From Acidobacteriota bacterium (GTDB lineage Bacteria > Acidobacteriota > UBA890 > WLXD01), in NCBI GenBank assembly GCA_965205505.1, contig CBDBHB010000009.1:1408001-1472000 (forward strand): a stretch of 64,000 nt of DNA. The letters are read 5' to 3'. Made by a program: the position numbers and the translations under genes. The notes below the pieces were generated by a model. It did no database searches and was not told the DNA's origin. It was given only the letters and a program-made list of their open reading frames with translations. Positions 52,073-62,068 of this stretch are shown here, piece by piece. Positions within the stretch are counted from its first letter, which is position 1, and each line of letters begins with the position of its first letter.

Positions 52073-54165
52073 TGGGTCTGTCGTTTCTCGTCCCCGCATT
52101 TCTTGCTGGCTTCGCGGCGATTGCGATACCGATCTGGGTTCACCTGCGCAATCGAGCCAAGACCGAAACCATCGACTTCCCTTCGCTCATGTTTCTCGAG
52201 CGCGTACCCTATCGCTCGGTGCAGCGCCAGCAGTTGCGCCATCGGCTGCTCTTCGCGGCGCGCTGCGCCGCATTGTTGCTGTTGGCGCTGGCGTTCGCGC
52301 GACCCTTCTTGGGCGGTGTGGATATCGCTGGGGCGGTCTCCCGCGGTGATCGCGAGATCGTGATCCTCCTGGATCGCAGCTGGAGCATGGGCTACGAGGA
52401 TCGCTGGGAGCGCGCCCTCGAGGCCGCTGCGGCCGAAGCTGGGAGCATGGTGGCCGGCGATCGCGCCTCGTTGGTGCTGTTCGACGACACCGCTGAGGTT
52501 GCTGTCGAGTCGACCGCCGACCGTGCAGCGCTGATGGGCGCTGTGCAGACGGCTGAGCTGGGGGTGTCGACGACCCGAATCGTTGCAGGCTTGCGGGCGG
52601 CGTCGCGCCTGCTGACTGCGAGCTCGCTTCCAAGCCGGGAGGTGGTGCTTATCAGCGATTTTCAGCGTATCGGTTGGGGCGAGGACGACGACGTCGACCT
52701 GCCCGAGGGTACCGTGATTCGCCCGGTCAATCTGAGCGACGTCCCGGCGCGTAATATCGGCGTTGCGAGCGTTGGGCTGCAGCGACAACGGTCGACGGCC
52801 GACGCTTCCAACGACACCGTTGTGGTGACCGCGAGGCTCACGCGACAAGGCGGCGAGCCGGTCCGGGAACTCACCGCCGAGCTTCGAGTCGACGGAATCG
52901 TGCAGCAATCACTAACGGTCGACTTGCCGGCCAATGGGGCGGCAACGGTGACGTTCGATCCGCTCACCGGAGGCGCCCGAGCCGTGCGCGGAACGGTTAG
53001 CGTGGAACATGACGATCTGCCGGGCGACGACGAGTTTCACTTCGTCTCATCGCCGACCCAGGCGCTGTCGGTGCTGCTGGTGCAGAACGCGACGGCAAGC
53101 GAGTCCGATTCGCTTTATGTTGAGCGTGCCTTGCGTGTCGGCTCGCGGCCGCCGTTTCGTCTCGAGCGCGCCAGCTTGCCCGATCTGCTGTCCGCAGACC
53201 TCGATCAGCGCGACCTGGTGATACTGAACGACGTCGGCGCGATCGGGACGGGGACCGCAGCCGCTTTGCACGACTACGTCAGCGCCGGCGGCGGTGTCTT
53301 GGTCGGCCTGGCCGAGCTCAGTAGCGCAGCGCCCAGCGGCTGGTTGCCCTTCGGAGCGGGAGGCGAAGCCGATCGCAGCCGCGATCTCGGGGCTACGCTT
53401 GCCTACGTCGATTCCGATCATCCCGTGTTCGAGGTGTTCCGCTCCGCCGACAGTGCTGACCTTGCAGCAGCGCGGTTCTACCGCTACCGGCTGCTGGATC
53501 CCGTTCCGGATACCGGCGTGCTGGCCCGTTATGACGATGGTTCGCCGGCGCTTGTCGAGGTGGGTGTGGGCGAGGGGCGGGTACTGGTCTGGACGAGCTC
53601 ATTGGATACGTTCTGGACCGACCTGCCTCTCCAGCCAGTGTTTCTTCCGCTGCTTCACGAGACGGCAAAGTACGCTGCCGGGTACCGTGAAAGCGATCTG
53701 TGGTTACCCGCTGGTCGTGGGCTCAGCAGCGCCGAGCTGGCCAGGGCTGCCCGCGGAGGCCGTGCGGCAGAATCGCTCGAGAATGTAGATGTGGTGTCCG
53801 AAACCGGCGCTCGAGTTGAGCGTTGGGTTGGTGACCGCGTCCGGCTGAGCCCTGGTTTTCACAGCGTGTCCTGGTCGGGTGGGGAAGGCAGTGTGGCGGT
53901 GAATCTGGACCGCGCTGAAGCTGACCTGGCGGCGCTCGACGCGGAAGAGCTCGCCGCCGCAGTCGTCTGGGATGCCGGCGGCGAGGTAGACTCGAATGTG
54001 CCGCAGCAGGCGACGGGCGCAGAGATCGAAGGCCGTCAGTCGTTGTGGTGGTACTTGCTGGTCGCGGCGGCGCTCTTGCTGGTCGCCGAGACGATCCTGT
54101 CCAATCGCCTGTCGCCGCGTTCTGGCGCGAGGGTGGGCACAGTACACGATTCCCCAGTGTCGTGA
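52072..54165 (+). CDS. BatA N-terminal plus vWA domain membrane protein
   Basis: FL.P......AIPI..HL, FPSLMFL, AFARP, DRSWSM, ISDFQ, C-terminal LWWYLL..E. Confidence 0.88.
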   Translation: MGLSFLVPAFLAGFAAIAIPIWVHLRNRAKTETIDFPSLMFLERVPYRSVQRQQLRHRLLFAARCAALLLLALAFARPFLGGVDIAGAVSRGDREIVILLDRSWSMGYEDRWERALEAAAAEAGSMVAGDRASLVLFDDTAEVAVESTADRAALMGAVQTAELGVSTTRIVAGLRAASRLLTASSLPSREVVLISDFQRIGWGEDDDVDLPEGTVIRPVNLSDVPARNIGVASVGLQRQRSTADASNDTVVVTARLTRQGGEPVRELTAELRVDGIVQQSLTVDLPANGAATVTFDPLTGGARAVRGTVSVEHDDLPGDDEFHFVSSPTQALSVLLVQNATASESDSLYVERALRVGSRPPFRLERASLPDLLSADLDQRDLVILNDVGAIGTGTAAALHDYVSAGGGVLVGLAELSSAAPSGWLPFGAGGEADRSRDLGATLAYVDSDHPVFEVFRSADSADLAAARFYRYRLLDPVPDTGVLARYDDGSPALVEVGVGEGRVLVWTSSLDTFWTDLPLQPVFLPLLHETAKYAAGYRESDLWLPAGRGLSSAELARAARGGRAAESLENVDVVSETGARVERWVGDRVRLSPGFHSVSWSGGEGSVAVNLDRAEADLAALDAEELAAAVVWDAGGEVDSNVPQQATGAEIEGRQSLWWYLLVAAALLLVAETILSNRLSPRSGARVGTVHDSPVS

Positions 54166-54181
54166 TTGACACCTGGAAAAG

Positions 54182-57100
54182 GTGCTGATGAAGCCTAGGG
54201 CCGTTCGCAAGCTGGCGACGTTGCAGTCGATCGAGTACCAGCGTCTGCTCGGTATCATGCGGCGCGTCCGTAATCGTTGGCGTTTGCGGCTACTGCTGCG
54301 CGGTCTCGCCCTTGCATTGATTGCCGTGCTCGCGACCGTCCTGCTGGCGTCGTGGGGGTTGGATACGGTCCGCTATCGGCCCTGGGCAGTTATCGGCCTG
54401 AGTGGCCTCACGTATGCTGTGCTGGCCTACGCTTTCTACCGCTTCCTGGCGCGGCCACTGTGGCGACGGGTTACCGATGAGCAAGTTGCCCTGTATGTCC
54501 AGGAGCATACCGGCGCCGATGCGGCGCTCGTGTCGGCGGTCGAGTTCGGGTCGCCAGAGCAACGCACCGACAACAACGAGGTGTCTGCGCAGTTCGTAGA
54601 GAAGCTCGTCGAGGAGGCCGTGCTACGCGCACCCGAGTTCGGCTTCGGCACGAGCGTCGAGCGCAGCGAGCTGCGTCGGATGTCCGGTGTGCTCGGCGCC
54701 GCCTCCATGGCGGTCGTGGCGGTGGCGCTGCTGAACCCGGCCTTCCTGCTTGATGGTGCCAGACGGCTGTTCACGCCGTTCGCACGCGTTGCCGCCCCGA
54801 CGCCCTACACGATCGAGGTCACGCCCGGAAACAACGAAGTCGCTCGAGGTGGTGATCAACTCATCGCCGCGTTGCTGTTCGGCTTCGACTCGGATCAGGT
54901 GGAAATCTCTTTCAAGGTCGGAGACGGAGACTGGGAAAGGCAGTCGATGGCGGCCGATAGCGTAACCGGAGCGCATCAGTTCATGATGTTCCGACTCTCC
55001 GACGACGCCGAATACTTCGTCGAGGCGAGCGGCGTTCGGTCGCCGTTGTACCGGCTCGAGGTCGTCGACGTGCCCTACGTCGAGCGTGTCGATCTGGAGC
55101 TGATATTCCCGCAATACAGCGGCCTGTCTCCCCAGGTGATCGAGGATGGTGGTGACATTGCGGCGCTGGCGGGGACCCGGGTGCGACTTCTGGTCACTCC
55201 AACCGTCGATGTCCCGGGGGGGAGCTTGCGTATCGAGTGGCTCGCCGCTGACGATGACGACGATCCGCTGGTGGAGACGCTGCCGCTTGAGGCGGGAGAC
55301 GACGGCCTGCGCGTTGAGCTCGAGGTCTTGCGATCTGGCTACTACCGGGTCGAGCTGAGTGACTTCGACGGTACCCTGCACGAGGCTTCCTCTGAATACT
55401 TGATCGAGATGCTCACCGACCAGCCGCCGGCCGTGGCCTTCGATTTACCAGGCAGGGACGTGAGCGTGACGTCGATCGAGGAGGTCTTTACCGAGGTGTC
55501 GGCGGAGGACGACTACGGATTGGCCCGAGTCGACATGATCTACTCGATCAACGGTGGCGAAAGACGCACCGTGCCCTTGTTGCAGGGCTCCGGCGCCGAC
55601 CGGCGTAGCCTCACCGCGGCGCATACCTTCTATCTGGAGGAAGAGGAGCTCGAGCCCGGGGACTTCATCGTCTATTTCGCGCGCGCGCAGGACAATCGTG
55701 GTGTGCCCGAGGCGCAGACGAGAAGCACGGACCTGTACTTCTTGGAGGTGCAACCGTTCGACCGTCGTTACCAGCAGGCCGATGCCGGCGGTGGAAGTGG
55801 CGGAGGTGGCCAGGGAGGCGGGCTCGGACTGGCCCGGCGCCAGCGCGAGGTGGTTTCGGCAACGTTCAAGATCGCGCGCGACGCTGATAGCATCGCCGAC
55901 GAAGAGATGATCGATGATCTGGATTTTCTCGCCGGCGTCGAGAACGACCTCCGCGAGCAAGTACAGCAGGCCCAGAGCCAGTTCGGAGGGCTCGGAAGCG
56001 ACGAGGACTCGCTGCGCGGCATCGACTATCTCGCCGAGGCCTCGAAGGCACTCGACGAAGCGGCCGGCGAGCTGATCGGGCACGACGCCGACGGCGCCCT
56101 GCCTCCCGAACAACGCGCCTTGCAGTATCTACAACGCTTCGAGGCGCTGTTCCTCGACATGCAGGTTTCGATGAACCAAGGTGGCGGCGGTGGCGGCGGC
56201 GCCGCCGGCGACATGTCCGAGCTCGAGGAGATGTTCGAAAATCAGGCGGACGAGCTCGACAATCAGTACGAGTCGGTGCGCCGCGAGCGCCAGGACGAGA
56301 CCGACAACGCTGTCGATGAAGCCATGCAGCGGCTGACCGAGCTCGCTCGTCGCCAGCAGCAAGAGATCGAGCGTCAGCGAGCGCAGGGCACGCGAGCGCC
56401 CAACCAGGGTGGCGGGCAGGCACAGCAGCGCCAGATTGCAGAGCAGGCGGAGGAACTCGCTCGTGAGCTCGAGCGGCTGGGTCGACGCAATTCCCAGCGC
56501 GACCTCCAGGAGGCTGCCAATCGTCTGCGCGAAGCTGCCGACGCCATGCGTCGATCGGCGGCCAGCGGCGGTGACGCCAGTGCCTCCGATAGCGCCCGGG
56601 CGCTGAATGACCTGCAGAACGCCCGCCGGCTCCTCGACCGAAATCGCGAGGGCCGTCTTGACCGTGATCTGCGCGACGCGCAGCAGCGAATCGCCGAGAT
56701 GCGCGAGGATCAGGCGGCAATCGAGAACGGGGTCGAGGCGTTGGGTGGCGCCGGCGGGCGCACGCAAGAGCGCATCGACGATCTGTTCGAGCGCAAAGAC
56801 CGCTTGACCGACGACATTCGCGGGCTCGAACGCAACCTCGACGACATGGCGCGGGAGTCACGCAGCGAGCAGATGGCCGCCTCCCGTGCTCTCCAGGAAG
56901 CGGCCGAGTGGGTACGGGACGAGAAGCTGGCCGACAAGGTGCGGTACTCGAAGGGCGTCGTGCAGGAGCGTGATCCGCGCACGGCACAGGCGTTCGAGCA
57001 GGAGATCAGCGATGGCCTGGCGAGCCTAGAGGGACTTGTCGACTCCGCGGCCGAGAACATCGAGCAGTCGCCTGGCGAGCGCCTGGCCGACGCGGTCGAA

Positions 57101-57604
57101 GACACGCGCGATCTAATACGCCGCCTGGAGTCGTTCGAGGACCGCGTGCGCGACGCTGCGGAGGCGGGCCCGCCGGGCGAACCGAGCGGGCAGGGCGGTG
57201 CTGAAGAACCGGGTGCCGGGAACCGGCGCCAGAACTTGCCCGGCGGCTCGACGTCGGGAGTCCCCGGCGTACGGCAGTTCGCTCGAGAGTTCCGCGAGCG
57301 GGTAGCCGACGCCGAGGAGTTGCGGGATCGACTCGGCGCGGACGGTCTGCAGACAACCGACCTCGACACTGTCGTGGGCGCGATGCGTGATTTCGAGGAG
57401 CAGTTTCAGGGCACGACGCGCGGGCTCGACGAGCTCAGCGGTGATGTGATCGACGGGCTGAAGCTGTTCGAGTTCTGGTTACGGCGGGTAAGCCAGGCGG
57501 AAGCCGGCGTGCGACCTCAGCTTGCCGGGTCGGATCGGGTTCCCGAGGAGTACCGCAGCCTGGTCGAGGAGTATTTCCGCGCGCTTGCCCAGGAGGAGCC
57601 GTAA
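54182..57604 (+). CDS. Large membrane-anchored Ig-like/coiled-coil protein (DUF4175-like)
   Basis: N-terminal TMs, D.PP.V, AEDDYGL, long Q/E-rich coiled coil, VPEEYR.LVEEYFRAL end. Confidence 0.75.
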   Translation: MLMKPRAVRKLATLQSIEYQRLLGIMRRVRNRWRLRLLLRGLALALIAVLATVLLASWGLDTVRYRPWAVIGLSGLTYAVLAYAFYRFLARPLWRRVTDEQVALYVQEHTGADAALVSAVEFGSPEQRTDNNEVSAQFVEKLVEEAVLRAPEFGFGTSVERSELRRMSGVLGAASMAVVAVALLNPAFLLDGARRLFTPFARVAAPTPYTIEVTPGNNEVARGGDQLIAALLFGFDSDQVEISFKVGDGDWERQSMAADSVTGAHQFMMFRLSDDAEYFVEASGVRSPLYRLEVVDVPYVERVDLELIFPQYSGLSPQVIEDGGDIAALAGTRVRLLVTPTVDVPGGSLRIEWLAADDDDDPLVETLPLEAGDDGLRVELEVLRSGYYRVELSDFDGTLHEASSEYLIEMLTDQPPAVAFDLPGRDVSVTSIEEVFTEVSAEDDYGLARVDMIYSINGGERRTVPLLQGSGADRRSLTAAHTFYLEEEELEPGDFIVYFARAQDNRGVPEAQTRSTDLYFLEVQPFDRRYQQADAGGGSGGGGQGGGLGLARRQREVVSATFKIARDADSIADEEMIDDLDFLAGVENDLREQVQQAQSQFGGLGSDEDSLRGIDYLAEASKALDEAAGELIGHDADGALPPEQRALQYLQRFEALFLDMQVSMNQGGGGGGGAAGDMSELEEMFENQADELDNQYESVRRERQDETDNAVDEAMQRLTELARRQQQEIERQRAQGTRAPNQGGGQAQQRQIAEQAEELARELERLGRRNSQRDLQEAANRLREAADAMRRSAASGGDASASDSARALNDLQNARRLLDRNREGRLDRDLRDAQQRIAEMREDQAAIENGVEALGGAGGRTQERIDDLFERKDRLTDDIRGLERNLDDMARESRSEQMAASRALQEAAEWVRDEKLADKVRYSKGVVQERDPRTAQAFEQEISDGLASLEGLVDSAAENIEQSPGERLADAVEDTRDLIRRLESFEDRVRDAAEAGPPGEPSGQGGAEEPGAGNRRQNLPGGSTSGVPGVRQFAREFRERVADAEELRDRLGADGLQTTDLDTVVGAMRDFEEQFQGTTRGLDELSGDVIDGLKLFEFWLRRVSQAEAGVRPQLAGSDRVPEEYRSLVEEYFRALAQEEP

Positions 57605-57665
57605 CCAGGCTCGCCACATCCACCACGGCCTGCTAGGCCGGCCGCGGTTAGACGCGTCCGAAGAC

Positions 57666-58502
57666 TCAAATGCTGAGATCGTCGCTGTCCCAGCCACGCT
57701 GCGCGATGAGTTGCCGGTAGGCTTTCAGGTGTTTCAGGGCATCGGGCTTTCTCCCCATGCGCTCGAGGACGCCGGCGAGGTTGAAGTGAGCATCGGCGTG
57801 GTCGGGATCGGCGAGCAGAGTTTCCCGGTAGGCGGCGCGTGCCTCCTTGAGACGCCCTAGGTCTTCCAGGGCTACGCCGAAGTTGAACAACGCCGTCAGG
57901 TCGGTGGGGCGAATTGCCAACGCGGCACGGTAGTGGCGCTCCGCTGCTTTCACGTCGCCCGACTCGTGTAGCAATCGACCGAGATTGACGTGTGCATCGG
58001 CCGACTCAGGGTCGGCCTCGAGGGCCCTCCGGTACGCGGCGCGCGCCTCGCCGGGGCAGGCCGTTTCGAGATCGCAGCCGATTTCGAACCAGTCACGGGC
58101 CGGCAAGGCGGGCTCGAGATCGGCGGCTCGTATGGCGGCGTCGCGCGCCAACGGGGCAACCCTCTGAGCGAGCTCGGCGACGTCGAAATCGAGCAACGCC
58201 TGCTTGGTCTCGGGGTCCCAGATCTCACGGCCCTCCCGCACCACCACGCGCGCGCCGTCCGCCTGCACTCGCACCCCGGTGAGCGAGTGCCCATCGGGCA
58301 GCTGATGCTTGAGATTGGCGAGGGACCTGCGAACGCGAGCGAAAGGAACGCCAGCAGCCAACAGGTCGCGCGCCGTGCGCATGACTATCAAGTCGGTAAA
58401 CGAGAAGCGGTACTCATGCCGCTCGCCGCGGCGAGGGCTTACCAACCCGGCTCGGGCCAAAGCACGCACCCGGCGTGGCTCGAGGTCGAGCACGCGGGCC
58501 AC
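57666..58502 (-). CDS. MerR-like HTH plus TPR protein (start uncertain)
   Basis: VARVLDL..RVR..ARAGLV.P.R....YRFSFTDL; TPRs ADAHVNLG, ADAHFNLA. Confidence 0.8.
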   Translation of the reverse strand: MARVLDLEPRRVRALARAGLVSPRRGERHEYRFSFTDLIVMRTARDLLAAGVPFARVRRSLANLKHQLPDGHSLTGVRVQADGARVVVREGREIWDPETKQALLDFDVAELAQRVAPLARDAAIRAADLEPALPARDWFEIGCDLETACPGEARAAYRRALEADPESADAHVNLGRLLHESGDVKAAERHYRAALAIRPTDLTALFNFGVALEDLGRLKEARAAYRETLLADPDHADAHFNLAGVLERMGRKPDALKHLKAYRQLIAQRGWDSDDLSI

Positions 58503-58546
58503 GGCGCTGGTGTCGTAGCCGCTTTGGGTAACTGGGTCGCTGATGA

Positions 58547-59431
58547 CTATCGCTTCTTAGCCCGCTTGGTTGCGGCTTTCGCCTTGGTGGCCTTGCTGCG
58601 AGGCGATGTCTTGCGCTTGGCACCCTTGCGCCCGGTAGCTGCGGACCCTGCTTCGCCCGAGTACCCCGCGAGGCTGCTCTTGAGGGCCTCCATCAGATCG
58701 ATGATCTGCCCCTTGGGCTCCTCTTCCGGAGCCGCCGTGATCTCCTTACCCTCGACCTTTTGGGCAATGATCTTCTCGAGCCGCTCGGTAGCCGTGTCAC
58801 GGTACTGCTCGGGGCGAAACTCGTCGTTGGAGATCTGGTCGACGATCTGCATGGCCAGCTGGAGCTCACTATCGTCGATCTCTGCGTCGCCGATCTCAAT
58901 GTCATCGACGGCGCGGATCTCGTTACTGTACCGCAGCTGCTGCATGATCAGCCCCTCTTGGAAGGGCCGGAGCAGCACCAGGTAGTTCTTGCCCCGCGCT
59001 GCGTACATCGCCAGTGCGGCGCGGCTCTTTTCCCGCATGACCCGGGCAAGCAATTGATACGGGCGTTCGCCGCCGGTGTTCGAGCCGAGGTAGTAGGCCT
59101 TTGCGAAGTGGATCGGGTCGACCTGGTCGAGCGGCACGAACTCCTTGATCTCGATGGCGTGCGTTGCCTTGAAGACGACCTCTTCGAGCTCCTCCTCGGT
59201 GAAGGTGACGTACTGGCCCTTGGCAAACTCGTAGCCCTTCACCAGATCTTCGCGCTCTACCAGCTCGTCGTCGGTCGGGTCCCAGAAGCGCATGCGAACC
59301 CGCGAGGCCGTCTTCGGGTTGATCCAGTTGAGGCTGATCTTGGCACTGGTGACGGTGCTTGAATACAGTCTTACCGGAATCGACACGAGTCCGAACGAGA
59401 TTGTCGCTGTAGCCATTGCACGCGCAGCCAT
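58547..59431 (-). CDS. ku: NHEJ protein Ku
   Basis: ISFGLVSIPVRLY, LVKGYE, IEI.EFVP, IDLMEALK.SL, basic tail. Confidence 0.95.
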   Translation of the reverse strand: MAARAMATATISFGLVSIPVRLYSSTVTSAKISLNWINPKTASRVRMRFWDPTDDELVEREDLVKGYEFAKGQYVTFTEEELEEVVFKATHAIEIKEFVPLDQVDPIHFAKAYYLGSNTGGERPYQLLARVMREKSRAALAMYAARGKNYLVLLRPFQEGLIMQQLRYSNEIRAVDDIEIGDAEIDDSELQLAMQIVDQISNDEFRPEQYRDTATERLEKIIAQKVEGKEITAAPEEEPKGQIIDLMEALKSSLAGYSGEAGSAATGRKGAKRKTSPRSKATKAKAATKRAKKR

Positions 59432-59457
59432 ACAAGTACTATAGCATTCGACACGCG

Positions 59458-62031
59458 ATGCCACGCAATGACAAGGACGCGCACTCGCGCTTAGCAAAGT
59501 ATAGGAGCAAGCGGCGTCAGCAGGTGACTCCGGAGCCGTTCCCGACCGGTGAGCAACGCCCCGGGCAGTTCGTTGTTCATCTGCATGCGGCGCGGCGCAC
59601 GCACTACGACCTCCGCCTTGAGGCAGGTGGCGTCCTGCGCTGCTGGGCTGTTCCGAACGGCCCTTCGCTCGATACCTCCGACAAGCGGCTCGCCGTGCAG
59701 ACCGAGGACCATCCGGTCGAGTACCTGGACTTCGAGGATGTGATTCCGGAGGGAAACTACGGCGCCGGGGCGATGATCGTGTGGGATCGAGGCCGCTGGG
59801 TGCAGCGCGAGGACGACCAAACAGGCGACAACAAGCTCCTGTTCGATCTGTACGGGTACAAGCTCAGGGGGCGTTGGACGCTCGTGCGCACCAAGCGCGA
59901 TCCGAAGGAATGGCTGCTCATCAAGAAGGCTGACGGTTTTGCGCGCACCGGAGCCGAAGCCAATCTGCCCGAGGAGTCTGTGTACTCGGGGCTCACGGTC
60001 GAACAACTCGGCGACGGCGGCGATCCCGCTGCGAGCGTGCGAGTCGAGCTCGAGCGGGCCGGGGTGCCTCTGAGTCGCGTCAACGCGTCGAGTCTGGACC
60101 TCATGCTGGCGAAGACGGCCGAGGCTCCTTTTTCGCGCCGCGGATGGCTGTTCGAGCTCAAGTACGACGGCTATCGCCTCGTGGTGGGCGTTGACGATGG
60201 CAACGCCTTCCTACGCTATCGAAACGGGGGCGATGTGACCGAGATCTACCCAGATCTGATGGCGGCGCTCGCCTCGCTGCCATATCGGTCACTGGTTCTC
60301 GATGGCGAGGTGGTGGTGCTAGCTGACGACGGTCGTCCGAGCTTCAGCCGGTTGGCCAAGCGAGCACGACTATCACGCGCATCGGAAATCCGCACCGCAG
60401 CCCTGCAACATCCGGCCACCTACTTTGTCTTCGATCTGCTCGAGCTCGACGGCTACGACCTGCGTGGCCTGCCACTGTCCGAGCGCAAGGAGTTGTTGAG
60501 CCGGGTGGTCCCGCAGCGCGGCCCCGTGCGCTACGCCGAGCACATCGAGCGTCAAGGCGCGGAGCTCTTCGAGCAGGTTCGCAAGATGGGGCTCGAGGGG
60601 TTGATGGCCAAGCGCGGTGATTCCAAGTACCGAGCTGGCCGCTCGGATCACTGGTTGAAGATCCGCGCCGACCGCAACGCCGACCTGGTGATCGCGGGGT
60701 ACGCTCACGGCAAGGGGTCGCGCACCACGCTCGGCGCGTTGCTCGTTGCCGTCTACCACGAAGGCGAGCTGGTGTACGTAGGGCGCGTTGGCAGCGGGCT
60801 TCGCGAGCGTGAGATCAACGAAATTCTCCCGCAATTGCTCGAGCTGAGTAGCGGGGTGAAGTCGCCACCGGTTGAGCTGCCGGCGTCCGGAACACAGCGT
60901 CACGCCAACATCCCCAAGCCCGGAGAGACGGTCTGGGTACGCCCCGAGCTCGTCTGCGAGGTTCGGTTCAAGGAGATCACCCCAGACGGACTGCTGCGCC
61001 ATCCGGTCTTCTTGCGCATGCGCATCGACAAGCCGCCGACGGAGTGCGACACGGGGCAGGCAGCCCTGGCCCATGCTCAGTTCTTCGGTGCGGGCGAAGA
61101 CGGTCCCACTCCCGCTACTGCTCCCGCGTTCGAGGCCAGTCGTACGGTCATCACCCGACCTGAGAAAGTGCTCTGGCCGGATGAGGGCTACACGAAAGGC
61201 AACCTGATCGACTACTACCGGGCCGTGTCGGAATGGCTGTTGCCTTATCTGGAGGACAGACTGCTGGTGCTCGACCGGTACCCCGACGGCATTGACGGCA
61301 AGTCGTTCTTCCAGAAGCACGCACCGCACTTCACACCGGATTGGATCCGCACCGTGACCATCCACTCCGGATCCGGCGAGCGCGACATCGACTACTTCGT
61401 TGTCGACGATCCGGAAGGGCTCGTCTACATGGCAAACGCGGCCGCCATTCCGCTGCACATCTGGTCCAGTCGGACATCAACCATCGATAATCCCGACTGG
61501 GCCATCCTGGATCTCGATCCGAAAGAGGCCTCGTTCGGCAGCGTCGTCCAGGTGGCTCGAGGGATCAACGAGCTATGTAAGCAAATCGGCCTGAGTGCCT
61601 ACGCCAAGACGTCCGGCAAGACCGGGATGCACGTGTTGGTTCCATTGGGTCGACAAGTTACGTACGAGCACGGCCGGATGCTGGCCGACCTACTGGCCTT
61701 GATCGTTTCGAGGCGGTATCCGGAACTGGCCACCGTGAACCGCTCGTTCCACACCCGTGGAGGACGCGTGTATATCGACGCGGTGCAGAACGGTGCCGGC
61801 CGGCTGCTGGTGTCGCCGCTGTGTGTGCGACCGTTCCGCGGCGCGACGGTATCTACACCCCTTCGCTGGCGGGAGGTGAACGACAAGCTCGATATGCACC
61901 GTTTCACGATAAAGACGGTACCGGCACGCTTGCGACGCATGAAACAGGAGCCGATGCGGGCGATACTCGGCGAGCAGCCTGATCTGCTAGGAGCACTGCA
62001 GTTACTGTCGGAGCTCGAGGATACGGACTGA
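59458..62031 (+). CDS. ligD: DNA ligase D (phosphoesterase-ligase-polymerase)
   Basis: H.ARRTHYDLRLE, ELKYDGYR, EGLMAK, LRHPVF, RYPDG..G..FFQK, DLDP, KTSG..G.H. Confidence 0.95.
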   Translation: MPRNDKDAHSRLAKYRSKRRQQVTPEPFPTGEQRPGQFVVHLHAARRTHYDLRLEAGGVLRCWAVPNGPSLDTSDKRLAVQTEDHPVEYLDFEDVIPEGNYGAGAMIVWDRGRWVQREDDQTGDNKLLFDLYGYKLRGRWTLVRTKRDPKEWLLIKKADGFARTGAEANLPEESVYSGLTVEQLGDGGDPAASVRVELERAGVPLSRVNASSLDLMLAKTAEAPFSRRGWLFELKYDGYRLVVGVDDGNAFLRYRNGGDVTEIYPDLMAALASLPYRSLVLDGEVVVLADDGRPSFSRLAKRARLSRASEIRTAALQHPATYFVFDLLELDGYDLRGLPLSERKELLSRVVPQRGPVRYAEHIERQGAELFEQVRKMGLEGLMAKRGDSKYRAGRSDHWLKIRADRNADLVIAGYAHGKGSRTTLGALLVAVYHEGELVYVGRVGSGLREREINEILPQLLELSSGVKSPPVELPASGTQRHANIPKPGETVWVRPELVCEVRFKEITPDGLLRHPVFLRMRIDKPPTECDTGQAALAHAQFFGAGEDGPTPATAPAFEASRTVITRPEKVLWPDEGYTKGNLIDYYRAVSEWLLPYLEDRLLVLDRYPDGIDGKSFFQKHAPHFTPDWIRTVTIHSGSGERDIDYFVVDDPEGLVYMANAAAIPLHIWSSRTSTIDNPDWAILDLDPKEASFGSVVQVARGINELCKQIGLSAYAKTSGKTGMHVLVPLGRQVTYEHGRMLADLLALIVSRRYPELATVNRSFHTRGGRVYIDAVQNGAGRLLVSPLCVRPFRGATVSTPLRWREVNDKLDMHRFTIKTVPARLRRMKQEPMRAILGEQPDLLGALQLLSELEDTD

Positions 62032-62068
62032 TCGTGGGGGCAGGCCGGCACACTTCCACCACGGCCTG

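Noticed and set aside
58547-62031. Ku/LigD as the cause of the nearby deletions
   Set aside because: NHEJ acts in trans so proximity is not evidence, and I could not establish a consistent junction signature.
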